Positions 8,041 through 17,468 of a stretch of 28,163 nt of DNA are shown here, piece by piece. Numbering within the stretch: position 1 is the stretch's first letter; each line of letters starts with the position of its first letter. The stretch comes from a virus (lineage: Duplodnaviria > Caudoviricetes), in IMG/VR virus record IMGVR_UViG_3300017978_000121, positions 1 through 28,163 of that record, one strand, 5' to 3'. A program made the translations under genes and the position numbers. The notes beneath the pieces were generated by a model that had not been told where the DNA came from, did no database searches, and was given only the letters and a program-made list of their open reading frames with translations.

Positions 8041-10404
8041 ATGGCGACTGTAGCGCAATTAGAAGACGCTTTGATGAAAGCAGATGCCGCTGGCGATGAT
8101 GTTGCGGCGCGTGAAATTGCGGCGGAGATCAAACGTACTCGCGTTAAGGAAACACCTAAACAACGCTACGCAAGGCAGCAAGCGAAACAGCGTGCGGATG
8201 AGAAGAGCGCATTGCGCGCCACTGGCAGTAAGATTGCGTCTGCCGTATCTGGTTTTGAGCGCGGACTGAAACCGATTGCTGAAAAGTTAAGTTACCTTGA
8301 CCCTTTTTCATACGCTAAAGGGCCAAAATATAAAGCTAGAGAAGCGCAAACTGAAAAACGGCTGGCGAAATACGCCGCTGAACGGCAGCAGGCTAACCCC
8401 AAGACCTTTGCGGGCGGTAAACTTGGCGGTGAAATTGTAGGCACGGCGCCGCTAGCCATAGCCGGCGGCGGCGCAATACAGCTAGGCGGCAAGGCGCTTA
8501 CCAAGGTCTTGCCGCGCGCAGGCGCAGTGGTACAAAATATTGGCCGGGCTGTAACATCTGGCGGCACGCGTGTGGCTGCGCCGACAAGGGCCGCTGTAAA
8601 AGAAGGTAAGATTATAGCTGGCTCACGCAAGGCGCGGGTCGGCCTTCGTGCTGCTGGCGGTTCTATCTCAAGCCTCATAGCTGCTGCCGCTACCGATCAA
8701 GATTTGACCGATGCTGCATTGGCTGGCGCTACTGTACCTGTCCTCGGACATATGCTCAAGTTTGGCGCAGGTAAAACTTATGATATTTTAGCTGGCCGCG
8801 CTGGAGCAGTAGAAGCCGCTCGAATTTTGCGTGAGGTAATTGACCAGAACGCCACCAAAATTGAAAAGGCGCTGCGAAACGCACCGAAGAACATCAAAGC
8901 CAACACGGCTGAGTTTCTGGCGTCGCGCGGTTTGCTCACGCCAGAACTGGCCGCAGCCACTAAGATTGCAAGCGCGAGCGAAGAAGCCGCGCCGCTTCTC
9001 CGCGTAGCGCAACAGCGCGCCGCAGGGCAGAACCGTATGCGTGAAGTTATCGCAGGCGGTAAAACCCAGACGGAAGCCGTAAGCAATATAGCAGAAACTA
9101 AGAAAGCGTTGCAGGATGTAACCGGCCCAATGCGTGAACGGACATTAGGCGCTGCCGATATTGGCCGGACGCAAATCGCGCCCGCTGAACAAAGGGCCGC
9201 GCAGGCCCGTGCGGCGTTACAAAGGGAACTTGATACCGCCGCGCGGTATATGGATGACCCGAACTTTGACCCCCGCATAAGCCAGTATCTGGAAGACGCG
9301 CGCTCCGCCGAAGAAGTTGCGGCTAATTTGCGCGCGCAAGGTCTCGCGCCGTTGGACATTTCGGCTGTGGTGCGTAATTTACGCGCTGAAGCCGACAAGG
9401 CCGAATTTGTAAGCCCTGACCGTTTTAAGATATTGTCGCAATTTGCGGACAATCTCCAGCGGCGCGCAGCTAAAACTGGTGGGTATATAGACGCCCAAGG
9501 GCTTAACTTAGCCCGCCGCGAAATGGGCGCGTTTGTGTCCAGCATCTTAGGCACGACAGACCCTAAAGCGTTGCGGGCAGGAACGTCGCAACTTATCGCC
9601 GCCGCTCAAAAACCTATCGACGATGCGATTGAAGCCGCTGGCGGCGCTGGCTGGCGCAACTACTTGAATACTTTTGCCGAAGGTATGAAAGGTATTGAGC
9701 GTCAGCAATTCCAGCGGGAACTTGCCAAGCTGCCCGAAGCAAGGTTTGCTAAGGTGATGAAAGGTGAAGACCCTGACTTTGTCGAAAGCAAGTTAGGTCC
9801 GGGGCGCTACGACATCAACGCAGAAATGCAGGGTGCCGATCTAGCTACTGCTAACAAGCTGGGCCGCGATATTGAAGCGCAGCGTGCCGTAGCGCAGACA
9901 GGTCTTGAGGAATTGTCGCCGTCGCAAAAATTAAACTTTCCTCAAGGCGTCACCGCTAAGGTCAGCGGTATGTTGGAGCCGACCGTGCCAAACATATTCA
10001 CCGCCGCCGCCCGCGTAGCAGGCGGGCTGCCGCACGTTTACGGCGGCGGCATAGCTGCTCAGGAAGCGGGCGTTAAGGCGGCGCAAAAGGCGTCGGAGAA
10101 CACTATGCGTAATTTAGTGCCTGCGCTGGCGTCGCCACGTCAAGCGGGCGAATTGCTACGGGTGCGTGCTGCCGAAGATTACGTGAACAAACTTTTGTAT
10201 GGTTCGCAGGCACCGTCTGCCGCCAGACAGCAAGCCGTGGTGCAAACAGGTGTGGCAGGTATGACGCCGCAGACGATGGGTGAACAATTTAACTTCCCTG
10301 ACTTCGATCCTGAAACTGGTGAGCCGCTGATAAACATTGACTATTCCGAAGGCTACGCTGTGCCTATATACGGCAGAATATCACGCAACAGTATGAGACG
10401 CTAA
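8041..10404 (+). CDS. DNA ejection protein 3 (gp16-like position)
   Basis: 787 aa, Ala-rich. N-terminal LEDALMKADAAGDDVAAREIA motif and Gly/Ala hydrophobic stretches. Confidence 0.6.
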   Translation: MATVAQLEDALMKADAAGDDVAAREIAAEIKRTRVKETPKQRYARQQAKQRADEKSALRATGSKIASAVSGFERGLKPIAEKLSYLDPFSYAKGPKYKAREAQTEKRLAKYAAERQQANPKTFAGGKLGGEIVGTAPLAIAGGGAIQLGGKALTKVLPRAGAVVQNIGRAVTSGGTRVAAPTRAAVKEGKIIAGSRKARVGLRAAGGSISSLIAAAATDQDLTDAALAGATVPVLGHMLKFGAGKTYDILAGRAGAVEAARILREVIDQNATKIEKALRNAPKNIKANTAEFLASRGLLTPELAAATKIASASEEAAPLLRVAQQRAAGQNRMREVIAGGKTQTEAVSNIAETKKALQDVTGPMRERTLGAADIGRTQIAPAEQRAAQARAALQRELDTAARYMDDPNFDPRISQYLEDARSAEEVAANLRAQGLAPLDISAVVRNLRAEADKAEFVSPDRFKILSQFADNLQRRAAKTGGYIDAQGLNLARREMGAFVSSILGTTDPKALRAGTSQLIAAAQKPIDDAIEAAGGAGWRNYLNTFAEGMKGIERQQFQRELAKLPEARFAKVMKGEDPDFVESKLGPGRYDINAEMQGADLATANKLGRDIEAQRAVAQTGLEELSPSQKLNFPQGVTAKVSGMLEPTVPNIFTAAARVAGGLPHVYGGGIAAQEAGVKAAQKASENTMRNLVPALASPRQAGELLRVRAAEDYVNKLLYGSQAPSAARQQAVVQTGVAGMTPQTMGEQFNFPDFDPETGEPLINIDYSEGYAVPIYGRISRNSMRR

Positions 10405-10407
10405 CCC

Positions 10408-10578
10408 ATGACTTCTATTGACCAGACCCAAGCACAACTCAACACGCACGAACAGGTCTGCGCGTTCCGGTACGAAAGTATCTGTGCGCGGTTGAAGCGC
10501 CTTGAAACCATAGGTATGTCTGTGGCCGGCACAATCATTCTGCTGCTGGTTGGCATACTGATAAAGGCTGGCGCGTGA
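10408..10578 (+). CDS. Small membrane protein, holin/XhlA-like (not in ORF track)
   Basis: MTSIDQTQAQLNTHEQVCAFRYESICARLKRLETIGMSVAGTIILLLVGILIKAGA*: coiled coil plus C-terminal TM. GTGA overlap with the endolysin. Confidence 0.7.
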   Translation: MTSIDQTQAQLNTHEQVCAFRYESICARLKRLETIGMSVAGTIILLLVGILIKAGA

Positions 10579-10967
10579 GTATCATCCTCGGCGCGCGGTC
10601 ACTGTCACGCCTTGAGGGTGTACATCCAGACCTTGTCCGCGTCGTCAAGAAGGCCGCTGCAATGTCTGACCTCGACTTCACGGTGCTGGAAGGCTTGCGT
10701 ACCGTCGTGCGCCAGACGCAGTTGGTCAAGCAGGGCGCGTCAAAGACAATGAACTCACGTCACATTACAGGACACGCTGTCGATTTAGCGCCGCTGATCG
10801 ACGGTAAAGTATCTTGGGACTGGCCGCTCTACCATCGGTTAGCCAAGATTGTGAAGGCCGCTGCGGCGGCTGAAAAAGTGCCGCTCCAGTGGGGCGGCGA
10901 TTGGCGGACGTTCAAGGATGGCCCGCATTGGGAACTGCCTTGGAAGTCCTACCCGAAAGGAAACTAA
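10575..10967 (+). CDS. Endolysin, M15-family L-Ala-D-Glu peptidase
   Basis: LEGVHPDL, EGLRT, SRHITGHAVD, WGGDW and DGPHWEL zinc-peptidase motifs. Confidence 0.92.
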   Translation: MSIILGARSLSRLEGVHPDLVRVVKKAAAMSDLDFTVLEGLRTVVRQTQLVKQGASKTMNSRHITGHAVDLAPLIDGKVSWDWPLYHRLAKIVKAAAAAEKVPLQWGGDWRTFKDGPHWELPWKSYPKGN

Positions 10968-10968
10968 T

Positions 10969-11127
10969 ATGCTTAAAGGTTATCGCACATACGTTCTGGC
11001 TGCGCTGGGCGTTCTCTCCGCCGCCGCCAGCTATCTGGTCGGCGACACAGACCTACTGACGGCGGCTAACGCTGCCTTTACCGCAGGCGCTCTAGCGTTC
11101 CTACGCGCGAGTGTTCCTCGCCTGTAA
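10969..11127 (+). CDS. Putative holin (52 aa, two hydrophobic segments)
   Basis: AAGGA RBS, then ATG at 10969: MLKGYRTYVLAALGVLSAAASYLVG...AAFTAGALAFLRAS. Confidence 0.65.
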   Translation: MLKGYRTYVLAALGVLSAAASYLVGDTDLLTAANAAFTAGALAFLRASVPRL

Positions 11128-11370
11128 CCAACGCTCACCGTACCAAATAGCTTTACGCATCTCTTGAGCCGCTTCGTCCTTATGGCCTAAGCGGCTCAAG
11201 TATTTCAGCATATTGCCGCGGCAGTAGCCGGCAAACTCTTCCGGCGACAGCTTGGCCTGAACGTAGTCGATAGCTTCAATCCCGCCGCGCTTGTAATGGT
11301 CGGGGTTGACGGCGTCCTTGAACGCCATCGCTTCTGCCCACGACCCAGCATCGCTCTTGTCGTCTATCAT
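11101..11370 (-). CDS. DUF3310 (T7 gp1.7 nucleotide kinase/SaV-like) protein
   Basis: VNPDHYKRGGIEAIDY...YCRGNMLKYLSR..HK....EMRKAIWY signature. Confidence 0.85.
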   Translation of the reverse strand: MIDDKSDAGSWAEAMAFKDAVNPDHYKRGGIEAIDYVQAKLSPEEFAGYCRGNMLKYLSRLGHKDEAAQEMRKAIWYGERWLQARNTRA

Positions 11371-11558
11371 TTCTTCAGTCCCTTCAAAAGTTCGACGCGC
11401 TCCCGCGCCGTCCGCATCGCGGAGTATCTTTGGTGCAGCCGCCGTGCGATGGCAGGGCGCTTGTGCGTCTTCAGTTCAACGTCCAGCGCGTCCTTTAGCT
11501 GCTCTTCCGTAAGGTCGGACAGCACCGCGATCATCGACCGCCAGTTTAGCTTACTCAT
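11367..11558 (-). CDS. Hypothetical protein
   Basis: 63 aa, overlapping both neighbours in operon fashion. Confidence 0.7.
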   Translation of the reverse strand: MSKLNWRSMIAVLSDLTEEQLKDALDVELKTHKRPAIARRLHQRYSAMRTARERVELLKGLKK

Positions 11559-12864
11559 TTTTCAATTCCTCTAAGGCTATGTCGGACACCGCACGCTTGT
11601 CGTGCAGCGCCGCCCATATACGTTCGTCAATACTCTTTTCGGTCAGCATCACATAGACCCAGACATCCTTTGTCTGGCCGCTGCGGTGCAGGCGTCCGAC
11701 TGTCTGTTCGTACAACTCCAGCGACCACGGCAACGACAGGAATACCATGTGGCATCCGCCATGCTGTAGGTTCAGGCCGTGGCCTGCCGACTTAGGGTGG
11801 GCCAACAGCAATTCGACCTGCCCTGCGTTCCAGTGTTCGATGACGTTGTCGTCGTCCATTGTCTTTGCGTGCGGGAAGCGGCGCTTCAGTTCCGCCAACT
11901 CTTCCTGATATGTGTACGCGACGATGGTGTTCGCCCGCTGGTTCTCCGCCAGCAGTTCTTCCAGCCGGTCGAACTTGTGGCTGCTGAACCAGATGGACGG
12001 CGTGCCAGCGTCGCGGTTGTAGACAAAGCCTGACGCCATCTGTTGCAGCTTGGTTGTCACCGACGCGGCGTTCTGCGCTACGATCTGGTCGTCGCCAAAG
12101 CGCACGACATATTCGCGCTTCATCTTTTCGTATGGCTTGCGGTCGTCCAGCGCGACGCGCACCTCCGTGACGTGGCATGGCGGCAGCTTGTCCTTATACT
12201 CGCCCGGCTCCAGCACGAACGTCGCAGGGCGGATGCGCTGCATGACTTGCTCCAGCGCGCCGGCTGCGGGAACCCACTGGCCGAAGTCGCGGTTGGTGCA
12301 GATGAAATACTGCTGCATGAACGCACCCTTGGCACGGCCCAGCAGCCCTTGGTCAATGATCTTGCACTGACCAAAGACATCCTCAAGGCCGTTCGACGTG
12401 AACGATCCGGTCAGACCCCAGCGCACCTTGACGTTAGCCAGCAGCTTGTCCAGTGCCTTAAAGCGTTTGCCGCTGGGGTTCTTCAGCCGTGTCAGTTCGT
12501 CGAATACAATTCCGTCGAAGCCAGATAAATCCTCTAGCTTATCTAGGTTATCATAGTTAATGACGACGACACTGGCGTCGCTCCGCAACGCATCCACCCT
12601 TTGCGCTGGCGTGCCGACAGCCAGCGCAGGAGCGACGCCAGACCATTTCGGTGCTTCGACAGGCCACACATCCGTACAGACGCGCTTCGGCGCTACCACC
12701 AGCCAGCGTTTGACATGGCCGTCGCGCAGCATCTCGTCCATCGCCGTCAGGGTGATGGCGGTCTTGCCCGCGCCGACAGGCGCAAGGATCATGGCGCGGT
12801 CGCGCTCGTACAGGAACGTCGCCGCCTGCTGCTGGTACGGCCTTAGCTGAAGCGTTTGAGCCAT
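11551..12864 (-). CDS. SNF2-like SF2 helicase
   Basis: LRPYQ, GAGKT (Walker A), VFDELT (Walker B), LTGS, SAGHGLNLQ and QTVGRLHRSGQ. Confidence 0.93.
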   Translation of the reverse strand: MAQTLQLRPYQQQAATFLYERDRAMILAPVGAGKTAITLTAMDEMLRDGHVKRWLVVAPKRVCTDVWPVEAPKWSGVAPALAVGTPAQRVDALRSDASVVVINYDNLDKLEDLSGFDGIVFDELTRLKNPSGKRFKALDKLLANVKVRWGLTGSFTSNGLEDVFGQCKIIDQGLLGRAKGAFMQQYFICTNRDFGQWVPAAGALEQVMQRIRPATFVLEPGEYKDKLPPCHVTEVRVALDDRKPYEKMKREYVVRFGDDQIVAQNAASVTTKLQQMASGFVYNRDAGTPSIWFSSHKFDRLEELLAENQRANTIVAYTYQEELAELKRRFPHAKTMDDDNVIEHWNAGQVELLLAHPKSAGHGLNLQHGGCHMVFLSLPWSLELYEQTVGRLHRSGQTKDVWVYVMLTEKSIDERIWAALHDKRAVSDIALEELKNE

Positions 12865-13118
12865 GCGTCCACATCCTCTTTAGACCACAGGCAGGCGTAG
12901 TGCTGCTTGGTGTGCGTCATCTCATCAGAAAAGATACGCTGCAACGCAGACAGCCTACCGTTAGGCTGCTTCAGTTCCACGAACCATGCCTCACCGTTGG
13001 GCATACAGGCGATGCGGTCGGCGACGCCGATCTGCGTAATGCTGCGGAACTTATAGGCGTAGCCGCCCACCGCCCGCACGCGTTTACAGAAATACCGCTC
13101 TATCTCTTTCTCAGTCAT
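12843..13118 (-). CDS. VRR-NUC domain nuclease
   Basis: MTEKEIE...GVADRI...FVELKQPNGRLSALQ, a PD-(D/E)XK pattern. Confidence 0.9.
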   Translation of the reverse strand: MTEKEIERYFCKRVRAVGGYAYKFRSITQIGVADRIACMPNGEAWFVELKQPNGRLSALQRIFSDEMTHTKQHYACLWSKEDVDAWLKRFS

Positions 13119-13124
13119 GCGAGG

Positions 13125-13153
13125 GGGCTACTACAAAATTTTTTGCATTTCAA
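13125..13153 (-). promoter_or_regulatory. Leftward sigma70-like promoter, probably leaderless
   Basis: TTGAAA-N17-TAGCCC on the minus strand, 6 nt before the VRR-NUC ATG. No SD. Confidence 0.5.
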
Positions 13154-13156
13154 GGG

Positions 13157-13184
13157 TTGCATCAAATTTTGTTGTATGTATTAT
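13157..13184 (+). promoter_or_regulatory. Rightward sigma70-like promoter of the replication operon
   Basis: TTGCAT-N16-TATTAT in the AT-rich divergent gap. Confidence 0.55.
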
Positions 13185-13214
13185 GGCCGTTCAAACAGTA
13201 GAGTGAGGTACGAT

Positions 13215-14336
13215 ATGCAACACAGTAAGATTGTCGGCGGTTCGACCGCCAAACGCGTCATCGCCTGCCCCGGCAGCGTTGCGCTGGTGGACAGCGTTCC
13301 GCCAAAGCCCAGCAGCAGCTACGCCGACGAAGGCACGCTTCTGCATGACACTATAGCATCTATATTAGAGCGTGACCTTGACCCGTACAGCATGGTCGGC
13401 ACGACTTATGAAAAGACCGTGCTGACTGAAGCACTGGTCGATGACAAGCTGATACCTGCGCTGCGTGCGCTGGACGAGATAGACCCCAAGGGGGAGATGG
13501 AATATGCGGTTGAAAGCCGGGTTGGTTTTGGTGATTTTCTGCCTGACGTTTTTGGTTCTACCGATCTTCTTGGTCGCCTTGGTGATCGAGCGGTCGTTCT
13601 GGATTGGAAGTTCGGCGATGGCGTGGCTGTCGAAGTCGAGGAAAACAGCCAGCTACTCTTCTACGCTGCGGCGGCTAAACGCACGGCGGATACGGCTTGG
13701 GCTTTTGAAGGCGCAAAAGAAGTCGAACTGATTATTGTACAGCCTCCTTACGTCAAGCGTTGGGTGACAGACCTTGCCCGCGTTGACGCGTTCGAGAAAG
13801 AACTTGCCGCTGCCGTCAAGATTGCGATGCGTCCCGATGCGCCGTTGGCGTCAGGCGACCATTGCAAGTGGTGCGCGGCCAAGCCCATCTGCCCTGTGAT
13901 GACAGGCGCTGTAGACCGCGCACTGAAAGCCAAGATTGACGCGCTGCCGATTGACCAGATTGCACACTATCTGGAACAAGCGCCGCTGATTGAAGCGTTC
14001 CTCAAAGACGTGCAGCAGATGGCGCATGGGCTTCTGGAAGAGGGTCGTAAAGTCCCCGGCTTCAAGCTGGTCAACAAACGCGCCACAAGACAGTGGATAA
14101 ATGAGGATAAGGCTGTAGCCTTCCTGACCAGCGTTGGTGTAGAGGCATGGGGCGAACCCAAGCCGCTATCGCCAGCCCAAGCGGAAAAGGCTTTGAAGAA
14201 AGCCAAAATAGAATTGCCAGCGGACTTAGTCGTCGCTGTCTCCACAGGCTCTACCCTTGCGCCGGAAAATGATCCCCGGCCAGCGGTTTTGCAAATCGGA
14301 CAGACGCTTACCAAAGCTATGTCTAAAATCCAGTAA
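13215..14336 (+). CDS. DUF2800/Cas4-like PD-(D/E)XK exonuclease
   Basis: Start at ATG 13215 after GAGTGAGG. HS..GGSTAKRVIACPGS, EGTLLH, FGSTD, VLDWKFG, QLLFYA and HCKWCAAKPICP. Confidence 0.9.
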   Translation: MQHSKIVGGSTAKRVIACPGSVALVDSVPPKPSSSYADEGTLLHDTIASILERDLDPYSMVGTTYEKTVLTEALVDDKLIPALRALDEIDPKGEMEYAVESRVGFGDFLPDVFGSTDLLGRLGDRAVVLDWKFGDGVAVEVEENSQLLFYAAAAKRTADTAWAFEGAKEVELIIVQPPYVKRWVTDLARVDAFEKELAAAVKIAMRPDAPLASGDHCKWCAAKPICPVMTGAVDRALKAKIDALPIDQIAHYLEQAPLIEAFLKDVQQMAHGLLEEGRKVPGFKLVNKRATRQWINEDKAVAFLTSVGVEAWGEPKPLSPAQAEKALKKAKIELPADLVVAVSTGSTLAPENDPRPAVLQIGQTLTKAMSKIQ

Positions 14337-14354
14337 AAGAAAAGGTACAATACA

Positions 14355-15017
14355 ATGTCGAATATCACAACTTTTGGTGGCGCTAACTTGCCGTCCGTTC
14401 AGTCTCTCTCTGGCGCGCTGCGCTCCATCCAGTCCGAAGTCGGGCCGGGCGGCACAGTCATCCTGAAGATGGACAAGACAGGCCATTGGGTTTTCGGTGC
14501 TGACCAGACCGAAGTAGAAGACGGCAGCCTGTGGGCAGCCAATCCGTTCTCGTTCGTTCACGGCTATATTGCGTGGGGTAACGGCGAAGTGCTGGCTGAG
14601 AAGCTGGTTCCGGTGTCAGAGCCGCTGCCAGAGTTAGAGCCAGCGCCATCAGGCGCAACGCGCGGATGGGAAATGCAGGTCGGCATGATGCTGGTTTGCA
14701 CGAACGGAGAAGACAAGGATATGCAGGCGCGCTTCACGGCTACATCAGTCGGCGGCAAGCGCGCAGTGCAGGCGTTAGCTGTTGCTATCGCCGATCAGGT
14801 CGAGAAAGACCAGACTAAGCCTGTGCCAATGATCGAACTGAAGTCTGAGCATTACCAGCACAAGACCTATGGTCGTATCTATACGCCTATCTTTGATATT
14901 GTCGATTGGGTGTCGATGGACACCGCTTCGGCTGAAGAAGCAGATGATGCGGAGTTGGAAGTCGCCGCTGAAGCTGAAGCCGCTGATGGTGCGCGTCGTC
15001 GTCGTCGCGTAGTATAA
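14355..15017 (+). CDS. Putative single-stranded DNA-binding protein
   Basis: Lies between exonuclease and PolA. Aromatic beta-rich core, YQHKTYGRIYTP and an acidic tail ending RRRRRVV. Confidence 0.65.
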   Translation: MSNITTFGGANLPSVQSLSGALRSIQSEVGPGGTVILKMDKTGHWVFGADQTEVEDGSLWAANPFSFVHGYIAWGNGEVLAEKLVPVSEPLPELEPAPSGATRGWEMQVGMMLVCTNGEDKDMQARFTATSVGGKRAVQALAVAIADQVEKDQTKPVPMIELKSEHYQHKTYGRIYTPIFDIVDWVSMDTASAEEADDAELEVAAEAEAADGARRRRRVV

Positions 15018-15029
15018 CAGGGCGCGAAA

Positions 15030-15054
15030 GCCGGGGCGTGTTGGGCGTCCCGGC
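15030..15054 (+). other. Intergenic RNA hairpin without U-tract
   Basis: GCCGGGGCG-TGTTGGG-CGTCCCGGC, 9 bp including one G-U. Confidence 0.5.
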
Positions 15055-15079
15055 AAGTAGCGGAAGAGTGAGAACTATC

Positions 15080-15505
15080 ATGGAAATTTGGAAAGACATA
15101 CCCGGCTATGAACGGTGCTACCAAGTTAGCAACGAAGGCCGCGTCAGATCGTTAGACCGCGCCATTACGCAGATGTCGCGCTGGGGCGCATTATACACGA
15201 AATTTGTCGGCGGCGTTGACCTTCGCCCCGGGCGTATGCCTGCGGGCCATTTGTCCGTATCTTTGGGGCGAAATAACTCCCATTGTGTGCATAAGCTGGT
15301 CTTATTGGCGTTTGTCGGCCCCGCGCCGGAAGGGCATGAATGTCTACATCAAAACGGCGATCCGTCAGATAATAGGCTTGAGAACCTTCGCTGGGGTACG
15401 CGCGGCGACAACATCCGCGACGCAATTCGTCACGGCACTTGGTTGACGCCAGCGCGTTTGGCCGCGCTTGATAAAGGCCGGGCAACGCGATGGGGGCATA
15501 AATGA
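15080..15505 (+). CDS. Free-standing NUMOD4-HNH homing endonuclease
   Basis: EIWKDIPGYE..YQVSNEGRVRS (NUMOD4) and VHKLVLLAF...CLHQNGDPSDNRLENLRWGT...N (HNH). RBS before ATG 15080. Confidence 0.92.
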   Translation: MEIWKDIPGYERCYQVSNEGRVRSLDRAITQMSRWGALYTKFVGGVDLRPGRMPAGHLSVSLGRNNSHCVHKLVLLAFVGPAPEGHECLHQNGDPSDNRLENLRWGTRGDNIRDAIRHGTWLTPARLAALDKGRATRWGHK

Positions 15506-17457
15506 CTATTTTATATTGTGATTTCGAAACACGGAGCCGGTGCGACCTTCGCAGCCGCGGCGTGTATAACTACGCGCAGGACGCCAGCACCGACGTGCTG
15601 TGTATGTCCTACGCATTTGATGACGAAGACGTGCGGACGTGGCTACCCAGTGAACCTTTCCCGCAAGCCGTGCGTGACCACAAGGGGCTGGTGTACGCGC
15701 ACAACGCAGCGTTCGAGCGCCTGATATTCTGGTATGTCCTTCAGGTCGATTTTAAGCTGGAGCAGTTCTACTGCACCGCAGCGCAGGCCCGCGCCAACTG
15801 CGCGCCGGGTAGCCTTGAGGATGTGGGCCGCTTCGCTGGCGCCACCATGAAGAAAGACCATCGCGGCGGACAACTGATCCGCGCGCTGTCCATCCCGCAG
15901 TCCGACGGCACATTCCGCGAGGACGCCGCGCTAATGCAAGAGATGGTTGACTATTGCGAACAGGATGTCCGTGCCATGCGTGCTATCGCGCAGGCGCAGC
16001 GTCCGCTGTCGGCTGATGAGTTGGCTGACTATCACACCAACGAGCGCATCAACGACCGCGGCGTCCTGCTTGACAGGCCGCTGGCGCTGGCGGCTGTGCG
16101 CTACGCTGAAACTGAACTAGCAGAGATACAGTCCATCGTCGCAGAGGTGACGCAGGGCGAGATAACATCCGTCCGCAGCCCCAAGATGAAGAAGTGGGTG
16201 CTGGACCGCGTAGGGCCGCAGGCCGTAGCCGTGGCGACCGTGATGAAGGACGGCGTCGAGAAGCTGTCCATTGACAAGAACGTGCGCGCCAACTTACTCG
16301 TGCTGGCAGAGGAGAACCCAGATGAAGTGCCATCGGAAGTCGCGGAAGTCATCCAGTGCGCGGACGATCTGTGGGCATCGTCCGTTGCAAAGTTCCAACG
16401 TGCGGCGGCGCTTGCTGATGAGGAAGATTTTCGCGTTAGAGGAGCGTTCGTATTTGCTGGAGGCAGTGCTACTGGACGCGCTTCATCGTTTGGGCTTCAG
16501 GTCCACAATTTCCCCCGCAAGTGCGCCGCCGACCCTGCATTAGTGCGGCAGGCTATGGTGCGCGGCCACCAGATTGTTCCTGAGTATGGCCGCCGCGTGA
16601 CGGACGTGCTGAAGGGTATGCTACGCCCTGCGCTGATGGCCGACACAGGCAAGCGGCTGGTCGTTGCCGATTGGGCCGCCATCGAAGCGCGCGTCACGCC
16701 GTGGGCGTCCAACAGCATCTTTGGCGCGAACAAGCTGGACATCTTTGCCAAGGGTGAGGACGTCTACAAGCACAACGCTATGGCGACCTTCCATGTCGGC
16801 TATGACGAAGTCGATAAAGACCAGCGCCAAATCGGTAAGGTTCAAGAGTTGGCGTGTGGCTTTGCAGGCGGCGTCGGCGCGTTCGCCAGCATGGGCCGCA
16901 TCTACGGCCTGATGATGTCGGAGAGCGACGCGAAGCGCATGGTGGACGCATGGCGCAGGGCTAACAAGTGGGCCGTGCCTTACTGGTCTGGCCTTGAGGA
17001 AACCTATATGCGCGCCATGCGGAACAAGGGCCGCGAGTTTACCATCGGGCGCGTCACATATTTATTTGACGGGCTGCATCTTTGGTATGCTCTTCCGTCT
17101 GGCCGTGTGCTATGTTATCCTTTCGCCCGTTTCGACGAGGAAGGCAATCTGACCTATGCCAAGGCTTCATGGAAGCCAGCCGCAGACGCTAAGGAATGGC
17201 CTAGAGCGCGGCTGTGGCGCGGTCTGGCGTGTGAGAATATCACGCAGGCTGTCGCTAACGACCTGCTGCGCTACGCCTTGCGTCGGTTGGATGACGTGAT
17301 TTTACACTGCCACGATGAAATCGTCTTGGAAGTGCCAGAAGAAGATGCAGAGGCCGCCGCAAAGCGGCTGGAGCAGATTATGTGTGAGCCGCCACCTTGG
17401 GCGTCGGGTTTACCCCTGAACGCAGAAGTGGCAATTATGAGTAGGTATGGCAAGTAG
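15502..17457 (+). CDS. Family A DNA polymerase (APSE/SPO2-like) with 3'-5' exonuclease
   Basis: DFET, AHNAAFE, YCEQD, TGR...QVHNFP. Motif A DWAAIEAR, motif B RQIGKVQELACGF, motif C HDEIV. Confidence 0.95.
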   Translation: MTILYCDFETRSRCDLRSRGVYNYAQDASTDVLCMSYAFDDEDVRTWLPSEPFPQAVRDHKGLVYAHNAAFERLIFWYVLQVDFKLEQFYCTAAQARANCAPGSLEDVGRFAGATMKKDHRGGQLIRALSIPQSDGTFREDAALMQEMVDYCEQDVRAMRAIAQAQRPLSADELADYHTNERINDRGVLLDRPLALAAVRYAETELAEIQSIVAEVTQGEITSVRSPKMKKWVLDRVGPQAVAVATVMKDGVEKLSIDKNVRANLLVLAEENPDEVPSEVAEVIQCADDLWASSVAKFQRAAALADEEDFRVRGAFVFAGGSATGRASSFGLQVHNFPRKCAADPALVRQAMVRGHQIVPEYGRRVTDVLKGMLRPALMADTGKRLVVADWAAIEARVTPWASNSIFGANKLDIFAKGEDVYKHNAMATFHVGYDEVDKDQRQIGKVQELACGFAGGVGAFASMGRIYGLMMSESDAKRMVDAWRRANKWAVPYWSGLEETYMRAMRNKGREFTIGRVTYLFDGLHLWYALPSGRVLCYPFARFDEEGNLTYAKASWKPAADAKEWPRARLWRGLACENITQAVANDLLRYALRRLDDVILHCHDEIVLEVPEEDAEAAAKRLEQIMCEPPPWASGLPLNAEVAIMSRYGK

Positions 17458-17468
17458 AGGAGCAAGCG

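Noticed and set aside
12900-13214. 105-aa N-terminal extension of the exonuclease ORF
   Set aside because: It overlaps the VRR-NUC gene in antisense and the promoter region. The family motif and RBS point to ATG 13215.
13215-14336. Cas4-like gene as sign of CRISPR-Cas
   Set aside because: No array or other cas genes. This is the usual phage exonuclease beside SSB and PolA.
15018-15505. Group I intron or intein around the HNH
   Set aside because: No interrupted gene, too little noncoding sequence for a ribozyme core, and PolA starts intact after it.
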